From NCBI GenBank assembly GCA_046563655.1, contig CM102288.1, positions 1,984,001 to 2,048,000 on the forward strand: a DNA stretch of 64,000 nt, written 5' to 3'. Positions 25,551 to 37,849 of this stretch are shown in pieces; within the stretch, counting starts at the first letter, position 1; each line of letters opens with the position of its first letter. The translations under genes and the position numbers were made by a program. This DNA comes from Yuukianura sp. NJ FZ-2021 (Eukaryota). The notes below the pieces were generated by a model. It was not told the origin of the DNA and ran no database searches. It worked only from the letters and a program-made list of their open reading frames with translations.

Positions 25551-27081
25551 GGTGACAACGTCATCATTGTAATTTTTTATTCATTTAGTTGGAATCCGAC
25601 CAAGAAAAGCTTGAAAATACTGTATTATCTTTTTCCAATACGACCAGTTTAAATTGTATTACAATCGTTCAGTCTTGATTTTAATATAATTTATTATTTA
25701 ACTTGTATTATCAATTCAATTTATTTTATTAATATTATAGTGCATTATTTAATTAGGCTAAAAGTTAGTTTTTATTAAATAAATTCATTTAAATTAATTA
25801 ATTCAAACTCAATTCGTAAATTAATTCAAAATAGTATTAAAAGTGCAAACAGGTATTAAAATAGTATTAAAAATGCACTTTGGAAAAATAAAAGAAACAG
25901 AAATGAAAAAGAGCCGAAAAGTTTTGGCTTTTTTATAACCCCTTAATTATTTTATTAATAAAATTATTTATATTACTAGTATTAATAGTTTATTAGTATT
26001 TTTCAATTCAATTCCTTAATTTTTAACAATATAAAAACGTCAAATTAATTTTGAGATGCCCAGCCCATGCCTGTGCTGCGTCTGCGGAGGTTGTGCATGT
26101 GTATTTTAGTTTCGTTGGCGTCTGGCACTTATATCCACGAAATATCCTTCGCACGGCTTTTGACTTGTTGAGATCTCAAATCTAAATCCTCAATTTCAAA
26201 AACAGCAACAACCAATTATAATTTTGACAAAGTACATAATACACCTTTGGCGCTCATTTGGAAAAAAAGAAATCGTTTCTCAACACTTTGACACTTTTGA
26301 GAGACATTTTGACACTGTCATTGAGTTTTCCAACCAACCAATTGCATAATCCGTTCCTGATGAACCGTTATAAGATGTCAAAATTCAGACATTTTGTTCC
26401 CCTGGTGCAGAATTTAGATGCATTGCAAATTGCAGCTTACTTTTAAATTCTGTCACTCTATCTCCTCGAGAGATGCAAATAGCATATGTTAAGAGATGAT
26501 GATGATGTCTTGCGGTTATTGTTTTGTTGGTTATGATCCTTGGAGGTGTCTTAATTGAACAGAACGTCCTTGGCCCAGTTGCACAAGGTCGTTTCCCCAC
26601 GGAGAACCACCTCCTGAAGGGGGGACTTAAGGGAAGGGGGGACTTGAGGGGTGGTGGAGCAGAGGGGGTGGGTTGATGAATGATGTCGAGGCAGAATGTG
26701 GGTTTGGATGGCCTCTCTCAGTCGTGGCCGAACACTTCCCTCGACACTTTCGACTTCGTTGAGTCTGCGTCTCACTGTGTGTCTACCTAATTTCCCTTTG
26801 TAATTGCATAATCAACAAATAACGGAAGAGTTAGTGTAAGGAATTGCTAAAAAGTTAGGTTTCTCATCATCCCTTTTGTTCTTTAGGTTAGGCTAACACG
26901 TTAGTTGCGTGTGAGGAGTGAGCCCTTAGAGTTGTCACTTCCCATTGGTTGCTACTCAAAGGTTCTGAATCTGAATTGAAGCGTCGTACTCGTGATTGAT
27001 AAATTAAGTGTCAATTAATCTCAAAAAAAGTTGACCTGACCTGGCACAAATTGAAACAAAATTGACAAATTACATCAAGTC

Positions 27082-27325
27082 GTGCAACTTCCTGGCAATC
27101 TACGCAACTTTGGTGCCGCTCAAAAAAACTTTGGTGTGTTTGTACGCAACTTCGGTGGAACGTGAAATAAAGTTGTGTGTTCTCCAAATCTAGCTTCGGT
27201 GCAACTTGGAGAAATTGACGTTTAATTGCATGTGATTTCGGTGCAACTCAAACCAAGCTTTCGGTGGAACTGAAAGCAACTTTTGGTGCAACTCGCAACT
27301 TTAGTGCAACTCGCAACTTTTAGTG
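27082..27325. repeat. Degenerate array of (C/T)GGTGCAACT / GCAACTT motifs
   Basis: Roughly ten same-orientation copies of gcaact(t), ggtgcaact and ggtggaac in ~240 bp. Confidence 0.6.
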
Positions 27326-28376
27326 TGACAGAGTGCCGTTGACTGGTGACAGTTGTGGATGGGGGTCCTGGACAAGGGCTCCTGAAAATCGACGCTGGAA
27401 CTATGCCACCGCTTCCTCCCATACAGGTAGCACAGCTAATTATTTGTTATTAAGTATTAATTAATTAACTAAGTTTCTTAATTGTGACACTGTCACCTCT
27501 GGTGTACCCTCCCTTTGTTCATTACTCAACTTCATGCCCTAAGTGACAAACAAAGTGATGAAGATCTTCTGTTTCCTCATCACGAGAGAAGCATTAAGCT
27601 TGATTGCTACCTTAGTCTTTCCTACTGTCAATAATTTCAAAACAATTCCTCATTTTCACCATACCCTAACCTAACATTTTCTTAACCTAACCTTTCAGTT
27701 ATGTTTGACACTTCCTAAGTACATTGAGTATGAGTCAGACCCAGCACAAGCACATGTGCTGTCAAATTTCAAAAAATGAGCACCAGTATCAGCATACAAG
27801 TATCGAAGGCGTCGCTACTTAAGTGTCAATATCCTCATTAAAAAAAACATCAACGTCTCGTTTTTTTGATTGTCGAATTTGCAAATTGGATTTCGAAAAC
27901 TGCATTTTGATCTTTACCGAATGAACCGAGATCATCGTTAGCAGCTCCACCCACAGTTTAAAACTGTGCTTCACTTTTTGTATTCTGTTGATTACAGAAT
28001 CACGATCCGATGAATCCTGTTGTCTTTATTGCAGAAAGTGGTTCAGATGACCTTCGAATTTTGCAAATTGCTTCAAAATGTTTAACGCCATCACCAGTAA
28101 CTGTGTGTTCCTTTGTCAAAGGAAGTTTGGGTATCGATTTGCCAAGAATCATACTCTAATTGACGAGTGTTGCTTGCTCTGTCCCAATGTTAATAGCATG
28201 GCAATGCAAACTATATGTGCAAAAAACTCTGTGTGTGGAAGAGTGGAACGATCCTGGGGTGTCCCTTTTACATTACTTCTCCAAGCACAGACTTTCACAA
28301 ATTCCATCTCAACTCAGAAACCAAAAGCAGGGGGTCTGGGGGCTTGCCCCCAGCCTTTACAATACATTTTCGATTC

Positions 28377-28538
28377 AACTAGACGGAACCCGTGATGTTT
28401 AAACATCCCGAAATTACCTTTAAGCACTAGGTCATACTCGGGTCAAACGAAAAAGCTAGCGGATTTTTGACAAAATGTTCAAAATCATCCTTCCTTCATG
28501 TCATCGTGATGTGTAAACATCACGGGTTCCGTCTAGTT
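28377..28538. mobile_element. 162-bp non-autonomous element with ~35-bp terminal inverted repeats ending in CTAG (Helitron-3'-end-like at both ends)
   Basis: Left end aactagacggaacccgtgatgtttaaacatcccga versus reverse complement of right end aactagacggaacccgtgatgtttacacatcacga: 25 bp perfect, 2 mismatches in 35. Confidence 0.7.
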
Positions 28539-30320
28539 ACTTATGGTTGAGTGGGGTTGTCCTGGTTAATGTCTACTCAAGTGGTTCGTATAAGGCGGTG
28601 TTGTTGTTTTAGGCTATTCCTTTTCATGTTTTTGGCATAAACCAACTAATCCTTCCAAGTCCCTCTATTGCGTAATCCTCATTTTTGCAAGTTCTGAACA
28701 ATGGAAATGAGATACAACCTCCACAGTACTCGTTTTGCAGAAGTTAGACATATCTTGGCATCATAAACTGTTCACTGTTCAGTCAAGTGTAAACATATAA
28801 GGTAACTCACAAAAAAGCATCAAGTTATTGCAGAGGACTTGTGTTAGTTATGATTCATAACTCAAAATTTTGTAGCCCTTAAGGGGGTACTTGAAGTGTC
28901 CAGTGAACAAAGTGTCCAAATTAGGCAAAAGTTCCAAAAGAGTTGCTAGTTTTTTGGACAAAAGTGTGTTAACTTGTGACTTTATCTTCTGCTGCGCATG
29001 AGTAAAAATGTCGGCCAATGTCAGACGTAGCTACAGTAAGTTGAATTCTTTGTTGTTGCTCAGAAATGCGCATGCGCAGAGGAAAAGTGAATTGAAAGGA
29101 CGCTATGCCCAACAAAGCACAAAATCCTCCACGATTGCATCACTAACCATAGAATGTCTTTAGATCTTAAACTTTTTAACAAGTCTAGGTTTAGCATCCA
29201 AGGTTTAACTCTATAAGGGTTGTTTTTAACAATTTGAATTGAGAATACTTTTTGAAAAAGTAATTATTTTTGAATTGATTGACACTCAAAAGACAATGGA
29301 GTACGACAAAAGCCTGGGAGGAGGCGGATGCTGAGGTACTTGATCTTCGTCTTCGCAAGAATATCCAGAGAAGTTCTTGATCTCGCCCAAACTGGTTCAG
29401 GAGACGTCGTCAAATGAAACCTTCCAGGGAATTCCGGATTCTAACTAAAAGATGATCTCAGACAATACAAAGATGAAATGTTAGTCTAACAAAGATGAAA
29501 GGTTCACTTAAGGGAGATGGAAGGGAGGGTTAAGGGCTCTTGATCTTGTGAAGGGGTTGTTGATGCAATGAGGAAGTCGATGACCCCGGGGGCCCTTGGA
29601 ATTGTCCCAACAAGGAACGAGTGACCTTCGGCCTCCCAATAGTCGCTCCCTCTAGCACTATGAACATGGTTTGGTAGGTCCATTGTCATTACCAAGTGGG
29701 ATACTGCCACCATCATCTGCAGTTACTTCCTCGTCTTCCATTAAGATCACAATAGATCAGAGCCATTGGAGCCAGTCAGTGAGGCACAACGCACCAGAAG
29801 CACAGGAGATCCAAAATAGACTCTCAGTTTCAGTCTTTTCTTTTTAAGAGAAAGAAAGAAGTGGAAGTGAAAGTGGGAGTGAGCAAAAGTGGCCCCACCG
29901 GAAGGAAGCCCCACCAAACCGGACCCACGCTGCTCTTTACTTCCGATTTTGACAAAAGTGTGTATCGTATCCTGTTGCACAAAATGCTACATTTAACAGA
30001 AATTGGCAAATTAGATTTTAAAACACGGTTTTAGCGAATCATTTTTTAATCTCATTCATGAATTTTTGGAATAAAAATTCAAAAGTTTGATTTCATCCAA
30101 AATTTAGAATGAATTCAAAATTTGGGGGTATTGGAAATTGGAAACTTATAACCAAAATTTGTTTTGCTTCAAAAATTTGAGAGTAACTTTGCATGGCATT
30201 CAGTTTCATTGAGTTGAACTTAACATTTTGTAATTAAGTTAAAGTTAAGTTATTGGAATTAATTAAAATAAATATAATTTAACTTATTTTGATTTGAATT
30301 GCAGTTGATTTGGTGGGAGG

Positions 30321-33300
30321 ATGCGAGGGTGGTTCGATGCGTTTCGGACTGAGGGTGGGCCGACGCTGTACAGCTACAGCAACCGAACGCCCGTCACTGG
30401 AGACCCACCGACTATCGCCCTCTACGTCCTCTTTGCCACCCTAGGAATTGCATTCCTCATCATCTTCCCTGGAATTCGCAAAGAAGTAAGTCAATTAACT
30501 TAAATCAAGAGTTAAAGAAAAATTTAACACCCAAAACGATCAGCTTTTCATACCTAATCTATGTCCTGTTTACAACTTCTACTTAAAACTTAAATTAACC
30601 AGCATTGCATGGGGAGTTTCTCCTTTTCCGCTATATGGTACCTAGTAATCTCGAATTGTATATTTCGTTAAAAATTCAAAAATTAAATTTATTTTTGAAA
30701 TTTTGAAATTCATCATTTATCTTCTAAAAACGATTTCAGAAAAACAAACAAATATTTTTTTTTGAATTTCAGAGATTCTCCACATTTTCAAGCGTTGCTC
30801 TGAGCCTGTTTGTGGGTTTGGCAATTTTGGGTAAGAAAATGACAATGTCCTCCAAAAACGTTTGTTTTCTATTTGAATTGCAAAGTCATCTTCAGAGTCA
30901 GGCGATTAACAAGAGGGGTACAAAGGGGGGCCCATGACACAATTCTGTCCAAGGATCTTCCTCCTCGGACACTCTGCAAACGACAGAGGGTGGGAGGGGG
31001 TACTTTTTGCAACTATTTGCAAACTAGAGATGACTAGGAGTGAGGCGTCCTTTGCTTTACTCCAAGGCCACCGCCTCCCTCGAGACCTTCAATTTTCATC
31101 ATCATCTTAAAGTTACTTCCTCCTTCCGCATTTTACACCTCCTAAGCACCATCCATGAGAGTAAGTGTGCTTAAGGAGGTGAGAATGACTTAATTGATTA
31201 AGTGATTAACGACTCTGATTACCTCACAGTCTTAACTTTCACTTAAATGCAACTTAAGTTACCTTGGACTGCCACTGGCCTCTCCGCAGAGTAGCGTGGA
31301 AACGGAACCGTGAGAAAAAACATATTATGGGGGGGAAAATAGTCCAAATTGCAAGTTCAAAAATAACAAGCGCAAAACACAAGGATGTGAACAAAAGCAT
31401 AAAATGTACTCAAAACTACACAGAATGTACAAAGTGTATTACTTGATGCATAAAATTTGACTTCCCATTTACCTAATTCTCATTCTCGTTACATAAGTTT
31501 GTAACATTAGTTTTTTGGGGGTAAAGAAGTAACTTAAACGTTTATTGTGTAAGATGTGATACATTTTTGACAAATTACGGTACACTACACGACATGAACA
31601 AATTGGAACAAAGTTTGAGTAGTTTGATGTTAATCGGTTTTTGAATTTGACTTAAAAGTGAAATGTATTATGTAAAAATGTTAAAAATTTATTAAATTTT
31701 TGATTTTTTGATATTTTTAGTGAGCAAATATGGATCAGCTTGGCACGTCGCAGAAACGGAAATCACGACTGCGTACCGTGCGTTCTCTAGAGAAAAGGTG
31801 GCGGCTACCATTGGAGTTCATATTGGCCTCACGCACTTCAATGTCACCCTTCAAGGTAAGCAATACGTTGTGTTGAGACGGATTTTGTGAAGGGAGGGGC
31901 AAATTCCGGAAACGGAACTGAAATTTCCAAAAAAAAAAAAAAAAACTTTTAAGTGAATGTACTTTGAAAATGTAATTTTGAACTCTTGAATAATTATAAA
32001 GTCGTATATTTTCTTTGATTTTTCGAAACAAAAATCGTCATTTAGTCAGAAGTTTGTTGTAGGTCTAAGTATGGACTTTCAATAAGTTTATAGTTTAAGT
32101 TTTTATGTAGTTTTTCTTTTTTACTTTTTTTTCAAAAATTTTTTTTTGTCAAAATTTTGATTTCATAATAAAGTGGAATTATCCATCTAAATCATTGTTT
32201 TGCACAATGATTAGATGGATAATTCTGATTTAAAATGAAAATGTGTCACAGAAAACTGCGGAAAAATTCGATCGGCACAATTGATTTTCAAAAATACTTT
32301 TGTGACCTCATGATTTGCTCAACCTGAAACCACAATTATGTCAATGAATTTGTAAAATGTAACCAGTACCTGTCACTCCTCACTCACTACGGCATGACTT
32401 GTGTCATGGAGTCAACCACTATGACTTCAAAATGGCGTCTGTTGACATCCCAATGTCACAACACAGTTTCCGCATTTTCATGGTTCACAATGTCTCCATT
32501 CTTAAAATTGCTTTGAATTTTAGTCTTTCAACACAAATAGAAATACAAAAATAGCTCAAAAGTCCTCCAAAATTAAAATTTTGCTTTGCTTTTCAGGAAT
32601 TCCCGAGTCGAATGAAACTACTGCCGAAGACATAGACTTTAACGAGCGTTTTTACTGGGCCGAAGCAGATGCAATTCAGCAGGAACTTCGGTTAGCTCTC
32701 CAGAAAGGTCAGTTTAAAAACCATAAACTAATGTTAGGCTAGTTGGTTTGAAAAACCTAACTTAATCTTAGCAAACTTAACATAAAACTTAACTTTTTCA
32801 AAATTTCAAGGCCTGCCATATCCGATTCTGACTGTCGTGGAATACTTTAGTCTGGATGACGAAGGATTCTCGTGGGGCAGAGACTACAGGCAAGGAGGCT
32901 ACTACGCTGGAATTCTTTTGTGGTAAGAAGGTCAATGACCTTGTATATTTTTTGAAAAGTCGGTGACCTTTGACCTCTGCAGGGCCTGTTTCGCTTCCTG
33001 GTTGCTGATGAACCTATTGATAGTCGTGGTACCTCGATACGGTGCGTATCAAATGGTCCTTACGGGTGGCCTTTTGTTGTTTACAAACGCCCTCTACTGG
33101 GCCCTTATTCCTCGGAAGCCTCCGCTCATCCGATTCGAAGATCACATTCTCATTTTCAAGCTAGGAACGTCATTTTGGGTAGTGTTAATTGCAGGTTAGT
33201 GAAATTAACTAAATTTTTAGTAAAGTTAACAGAATCTAACGAAATTTGGTTATTCTTGATGTAGGTGGATGCTGTGTGGCTGTTGGAAGTGTTATTTCCA

Positions 33301-34659
33301 TTTTTGACCTGATATTTCCGCATACGTTTTCGACCATTTTGGAAGTGGACTTTGATACGCCGTATGATAGGCACATCATCATTGAAGATTCGCACACGCG
33401 CAAGAAGAAGCGCTCACTCGAGGAAGGCAGTCCCGATGGCCTTGGTAAACGAATACTCAGGTAATAATAACATTTAATAATAACATTTATTGACATAATA
33501 TTATATAATAAAATATGTAAATTTAAAGTAGTACATAAGAAATTTTTAAAATTGCATCTCATTCATGGCTCATCGCGTCGAGGTAACTTTTTGAAAAAAA
33601 AATCATAGTAGCGGATTTTCAATATTTTTTAGAACGCTGTCGAAGCGTAGCGGGAAGGGAGAAGATGAGAGCTTGGACGTCCGGCTTCAAGGTCACCCGA
33701 ACGAAGCCTTCCAAATGGATCCTCCTGTACCTAAGTAAAAAGCCCTTAGAACTGAAATTTTTGAAAATTTTGAGAAAAGTTTGAAAAAATGTCAAGGTCA
33801 TCTTGCTTTTTTTCCAGTTCCCCCTGGCGCCATCCGCACCAGTTTCAGTTTCCCCCGGTGAGGGACCAGAATCTGCAACTAAGGGGGGCCCTTGCCAATG
33901 CCTTTGCCAAAAACCCAGCCCTTATGCGCCTCGCAGCTCCAAACCCCAAGTCACCCAAGGCCGTTAGCTTCCGAAGGCAGTCTCGTCTGGAAACGACGTA
34001 CACCGTAAGTTGACCTTTGACATCCAAGGTCAAAGGTCACATTATTTAGAATTTAAATTTTGTTCATGCGCAGTTTGACCATTTCTTTTGCACTGCGCAG
34101 GTTGATGATCGTCGGAAAGACTCGTCTTCTTCCAGCGACATACCACATGAAGAACCTCCGCTGACATTCCAGGCAATAGCCCCAACCCCTTCTAAGCTTC
34201 TGCTTCTAACAACTAACTAACGCTTGACCCAGAAATAACTAAAGGTCACCACTACCTTTCCCAGTTTTTTCAAAATTTCGGATTTGACCTCAAAACAGTT
34301 TTTTGTCTTTTCAGAGTCAGTTCCGTGGAATTCAACGGAAGGAGTCAACAGAGTCCAGGAATTCTTCTTTGTCTTCTTATGGCCTAGGACTGCTAAGTAG
34401 ACAACCGTCTTCCCAGATGATGAATGTTCATCAGCCAATAGGAAACGTCGGACGGAAAAAGTCCAACAACTCCAGTCGACATGCTCCACTTCAACGTGCT
34501 GCCCAGTATCCCAGAACAATTGAACTGCCAAGAGCAACGATTGACAGGAAATCGAGTACCGAAGATTCCCGAAGAGACTCGGGCTCTTCAAATGACTCCG
34601 CCTCTTCATCAACCAATTACAAACCAGGATTGGATGCAGGAGGGAGAGACGACTGGTAA
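30321..34659 (+). CDS. mol: Dual oxidase maturation factor (DUOXA; moladietz/NIP) with long cytoplasmic tail
   Basis: MRGWFDAFRTEGGPTLYSYSNRTPVTGD, FLIIFPGIRKE, IDFNERFYW, GLPYPILTVVEYFSLDDEGFSWGRDYRQGGYYA, LLMNLLIVVVPRYGAY and HTFSTILEVDFDTPYDRHIIIEDS match the arthropod DUOXA pattern. Confidence 0.93.
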
Positions 34660-34991
34660 ACTGTTGACCTCTGACCTGAAGTCATCCAAGGAACCCCCCC
34701 CCCCCATAATACCGAGACTGTGATGACCCCCCCCCCTTCACTGAACCCCTACCCCTGAAACCAAACAAAGACCATGAGGGGTAAACATTTGCATTAAATG
34801 TGACTCGTTATTTAATTAATTTACAATTAAATTAAAAAGTTTACCTCAATAAAGACAAGACCAACACAAAGTTTCAATTTTGTGACACAAAAATTCACTT
34901 ATCTTTAGTACGACGTCTAGAATTGAGCATAGTTGCGACCCGAAAATGTAAAAAATAGAACTTTAGTAAACACGGGAAATTTGAAATTGAA

Positions 34992-36396
34992 TCAGGTTCC
35001 TTTTTTAGGAAAGAGTTTCAGCACCATGTTTCCCAGGGCAGTCTCAAGCTTGCGCAGTAGAATAGAAGGACGGAGTTGACCAAGTCGATTCCATGACCAA
35101 GACAACGTATGTGATTGGACGCCTGGTTTATCCGTTGACGACGAAATGTTCCAAGCGAAGTTGGCCAGTATCGGCCGAATAGGTTTCGGATTCGGTTTAT
35201 TCGCTCCCGGGCGATGAGGAAGAAGAAGTGGCTTTGGTCTGGGCTTGGTTGGGCCGTTAGGAAGTGGGACGTCCACTGCTGCGGCCGAGGCAAATGGCTG
35301 TACTGTATGAATTTCTTCCAGTGGAGTAGTGGTTGAAGGACATCCAGGGTTTGGTTTTAGTGTTGCTGGAGTCGGTGGGCATAAAAATATGGAGGTATTA
35401 GTTCCATTGTCAGAGTTGAACGAAAGAAGCAGAGGATTGGCTGTTGCTGTTTGCGAAGATGCTTCTGGAGCAGAGCTCAAGCTGGAAGGCTGCCCAGTTG
35501 CAGCTTCATTTCCTGGAACAGGAGCCGCCGCGGTCGCTCCTGGGTCACTTCCAGTCGTCACCGGTTGACCTCCAGCGACTGGATTGGTTACAGTTTCACC
35601 AGTAGCGCTTCCAGGAGACGGATTGTTGCCTCCGATGCCAGTCGTAGCAGTTGGTTGACTTGCGTCAGAAACTCCTTGACTTTCAGCGTCCGGGGCTGTA
35701 GCGCTACCGTCAGGGACAACATCGTCTTGTCCAATGTCTATTCCTAGTCCATCGCCGCCCCCACCACCTTGGGCCAGTGGATAACAAAATGCAATCAATC
35801 GGATTAAAGCACAATGGATCGGCTCATGACATACCAAGAACTACAGGCGCTATCGTATGAGGCGCCACAGTGGTTGTGGTACTGTTGGACCCTTCAGTAG
35901 GTTCAGTTGTCGAGGCTACGAAAATTTTAAAAATTGACACTGAAATTGGTTAAATTAATTGATTATCTAAATTATTTGGTTAACTTACTTGTTGGATTTA
36001 GTATATACGGATCTCTGGTTCGACAGAAGCACCAGCAGAGTCCGCCGGCAACGCATTCCCCTCCAGAATATCCCAGGATTTGGCAAAACCGTTGACAACT
36101 TGGGCCTTCACTGTCATCGCAGGGGTCATTGTCCTCTGGAGGGTTCTGCAATAAGGTCAAAGGTCAAACAATGCTACTGCACATGTCAAAATATTCTTTC
36201 CGGTAGAATATGTTAGGATATCCGACAAACCCACCAATACTGGACAGTAGCACGAGCACGCTTGTCCAATGAGTCTTCCAAAAGGTTTTCCAGTGTCTCT
36301 GCATTTTTGTGTACAAACGGGTTCCAGTGGATAGTAAATTGACCATGCCAGAGTTCCTCCAATCACAAAAGTCAATCCAAAAACTAAAGAGGTCAT
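34992..36396 (-). CDS. Secreted protein with two CSab-defensin-like Cys motifs followed by a Ser/Thr/Pro/Gly-rich mucin-like region, 4 exons, ~389 aa
   Basis: Exons 36396-36241 (or -36235), 36145-35989, 35915-35835 and 35767-34992 join in frame. Motifs CTQKC...CSCYC and C-x7-CQRFC-x6-GGEC-x5-CWCFC. Confidence 0.75.
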
Positions 36397-36547
36397 GGGG
36401 TACCGGTCAAGGTCAATTTTGAGCGCCAATCCTAAAGTTTCGTGTAACTTGAACTCTACAGGAATCGAAACCTAATGAAATCTGAAATCAGAAGACAAAA
36501 TAAGTTTTCTCGGAGCTTTTTTTCAAAAAATGACCTAACGGTGCTTA

Positions 36548-37849
36548 CTACAAAATTAGAAGAAGGCTGAGAGTAATCCCAACTATTTGGCTCAGAGTAC
36601 GACGAACGGACTGCGGTCTAAAATAGGAAAATGATCCAATTTCAATTCGGATAGGCGGGTAGGCCCTGGCTTCTCTTCCGCCAACTTTCTCTAAGAACTT
36701 CTTCGACAGGGCATTGACTTCCGCAGCTTTCCTGAACGCTACAAGTATTATTACAGCTACAGATACAGCGGACATTAGAGAAGTGGATAGCAGCGCAGTA
36801 AGGCCAGCTTCTTGCATTCGTTTTAGCAGTAAGAAGTTTCCAGCTGATGGAGTAACGATGATTATGAAGTAGAGCCACGGGAGTAGCAGAGATGAGAACA
36901 CACTGTTGAATTCACGGTTTAGCAGAGTCAATTGACGGTAAATCCGCATTGAATTGCCACGAACACGAAGACGGTGACTCGTTTCCAGTTTGTCTCCAGC
37001 TGAGTATTGCAACCTACAAAGAATACATAGGATTTGTATAAGATTATGGTCATAAATGAATCGATACTTGCTCAAATTGTTTTGTTTACCAAAAATTTAC
37101 GTCAAGTAAACAAAATTTACGTGAATTACGCAAGACTTACGTCATTTGATGAAGCCAATTGGCAGTAGAATGTGTGTAGGCCAGGAATAATACGAATGAC
37201 GGTAAGAAAATGTGCCACAACAGAACATATGACCACCATTCGACGACCCAGAATACGAAAATGACGTACATTGACGGAAAGTATGTTTGGAGATGAGCGT
37301 AGATGTACCGTGGACTTCCGGGTTCCAGAAGAAACAGAAGTGACGACAATGAACTTTGCGTAAATCGGACCGTCAGCATCGTCCCAAGCAAAAGTCCGAA
37401 TCCGTCAAATTCTTCACCGCGTTCAATCACATACCCGTCTAATTTTGAAAAAAACACGGAATTTTGAAATTTTGAAAATTTTTCAAAAGACAAGTACCTT
37501 TCAGCGATTTTTGAAGACCATAGAAATGGTTTGAAAATGAAGCGAATTGGTGTCTTTTCCAGATCGTATTCCAAGAAACTCCAGCGCCTAGGGAAAATGC
37601 CATGGCAAATAGACTGCTAAGTACCCGTTGACCCAGGTTCATTGACCCCCGCCCCACAACGCATGTTGTCACTTGGAATGCTGCCAGTACTGTGATCCAG
37701 GAGGCAAATAATATTGTTTTGACCAGTCGCAGGTCATTGACCACGGTCAAATGTCTCTTCCTCTCGAACCAATCAAATGGAACTACTTTGAGGAACGACG
37801 AATGTGACAAGATTATCGACACTGCAGCGATACTTCTTTTGCTCAACAT
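36548..37849 (-). CDS. Seven-TM insect-type chemoreceptor (gustatory/odorant receptor superfamily)-like, 3 exons, ~371 aa
   Basis: Exons 37849-37498, 37438-37141 and 37013-36548 (1116 nt). Multiple hydrophobic helices, IYRQLTLLNREFNSVFS, and a terminal PPIRIEIGSFSYF...IVGITLSLLLIL TM7-like segment. Confidence 0.7.

Noticed and set aside
27664..27692. CCTAA (TTAGG telomere-like) pentamers, also at ~8304 and ~8938
   Set aside because: Only 2-3 copies each; those before acceptors are explained as CTAAC branch points.
25100..30300. Hidden protein-coding gene in the long intergenic region
   Set aside because: Only short ORFs with no coherent exon chain; more likely UTR exons, regulatory DNA and repeats.
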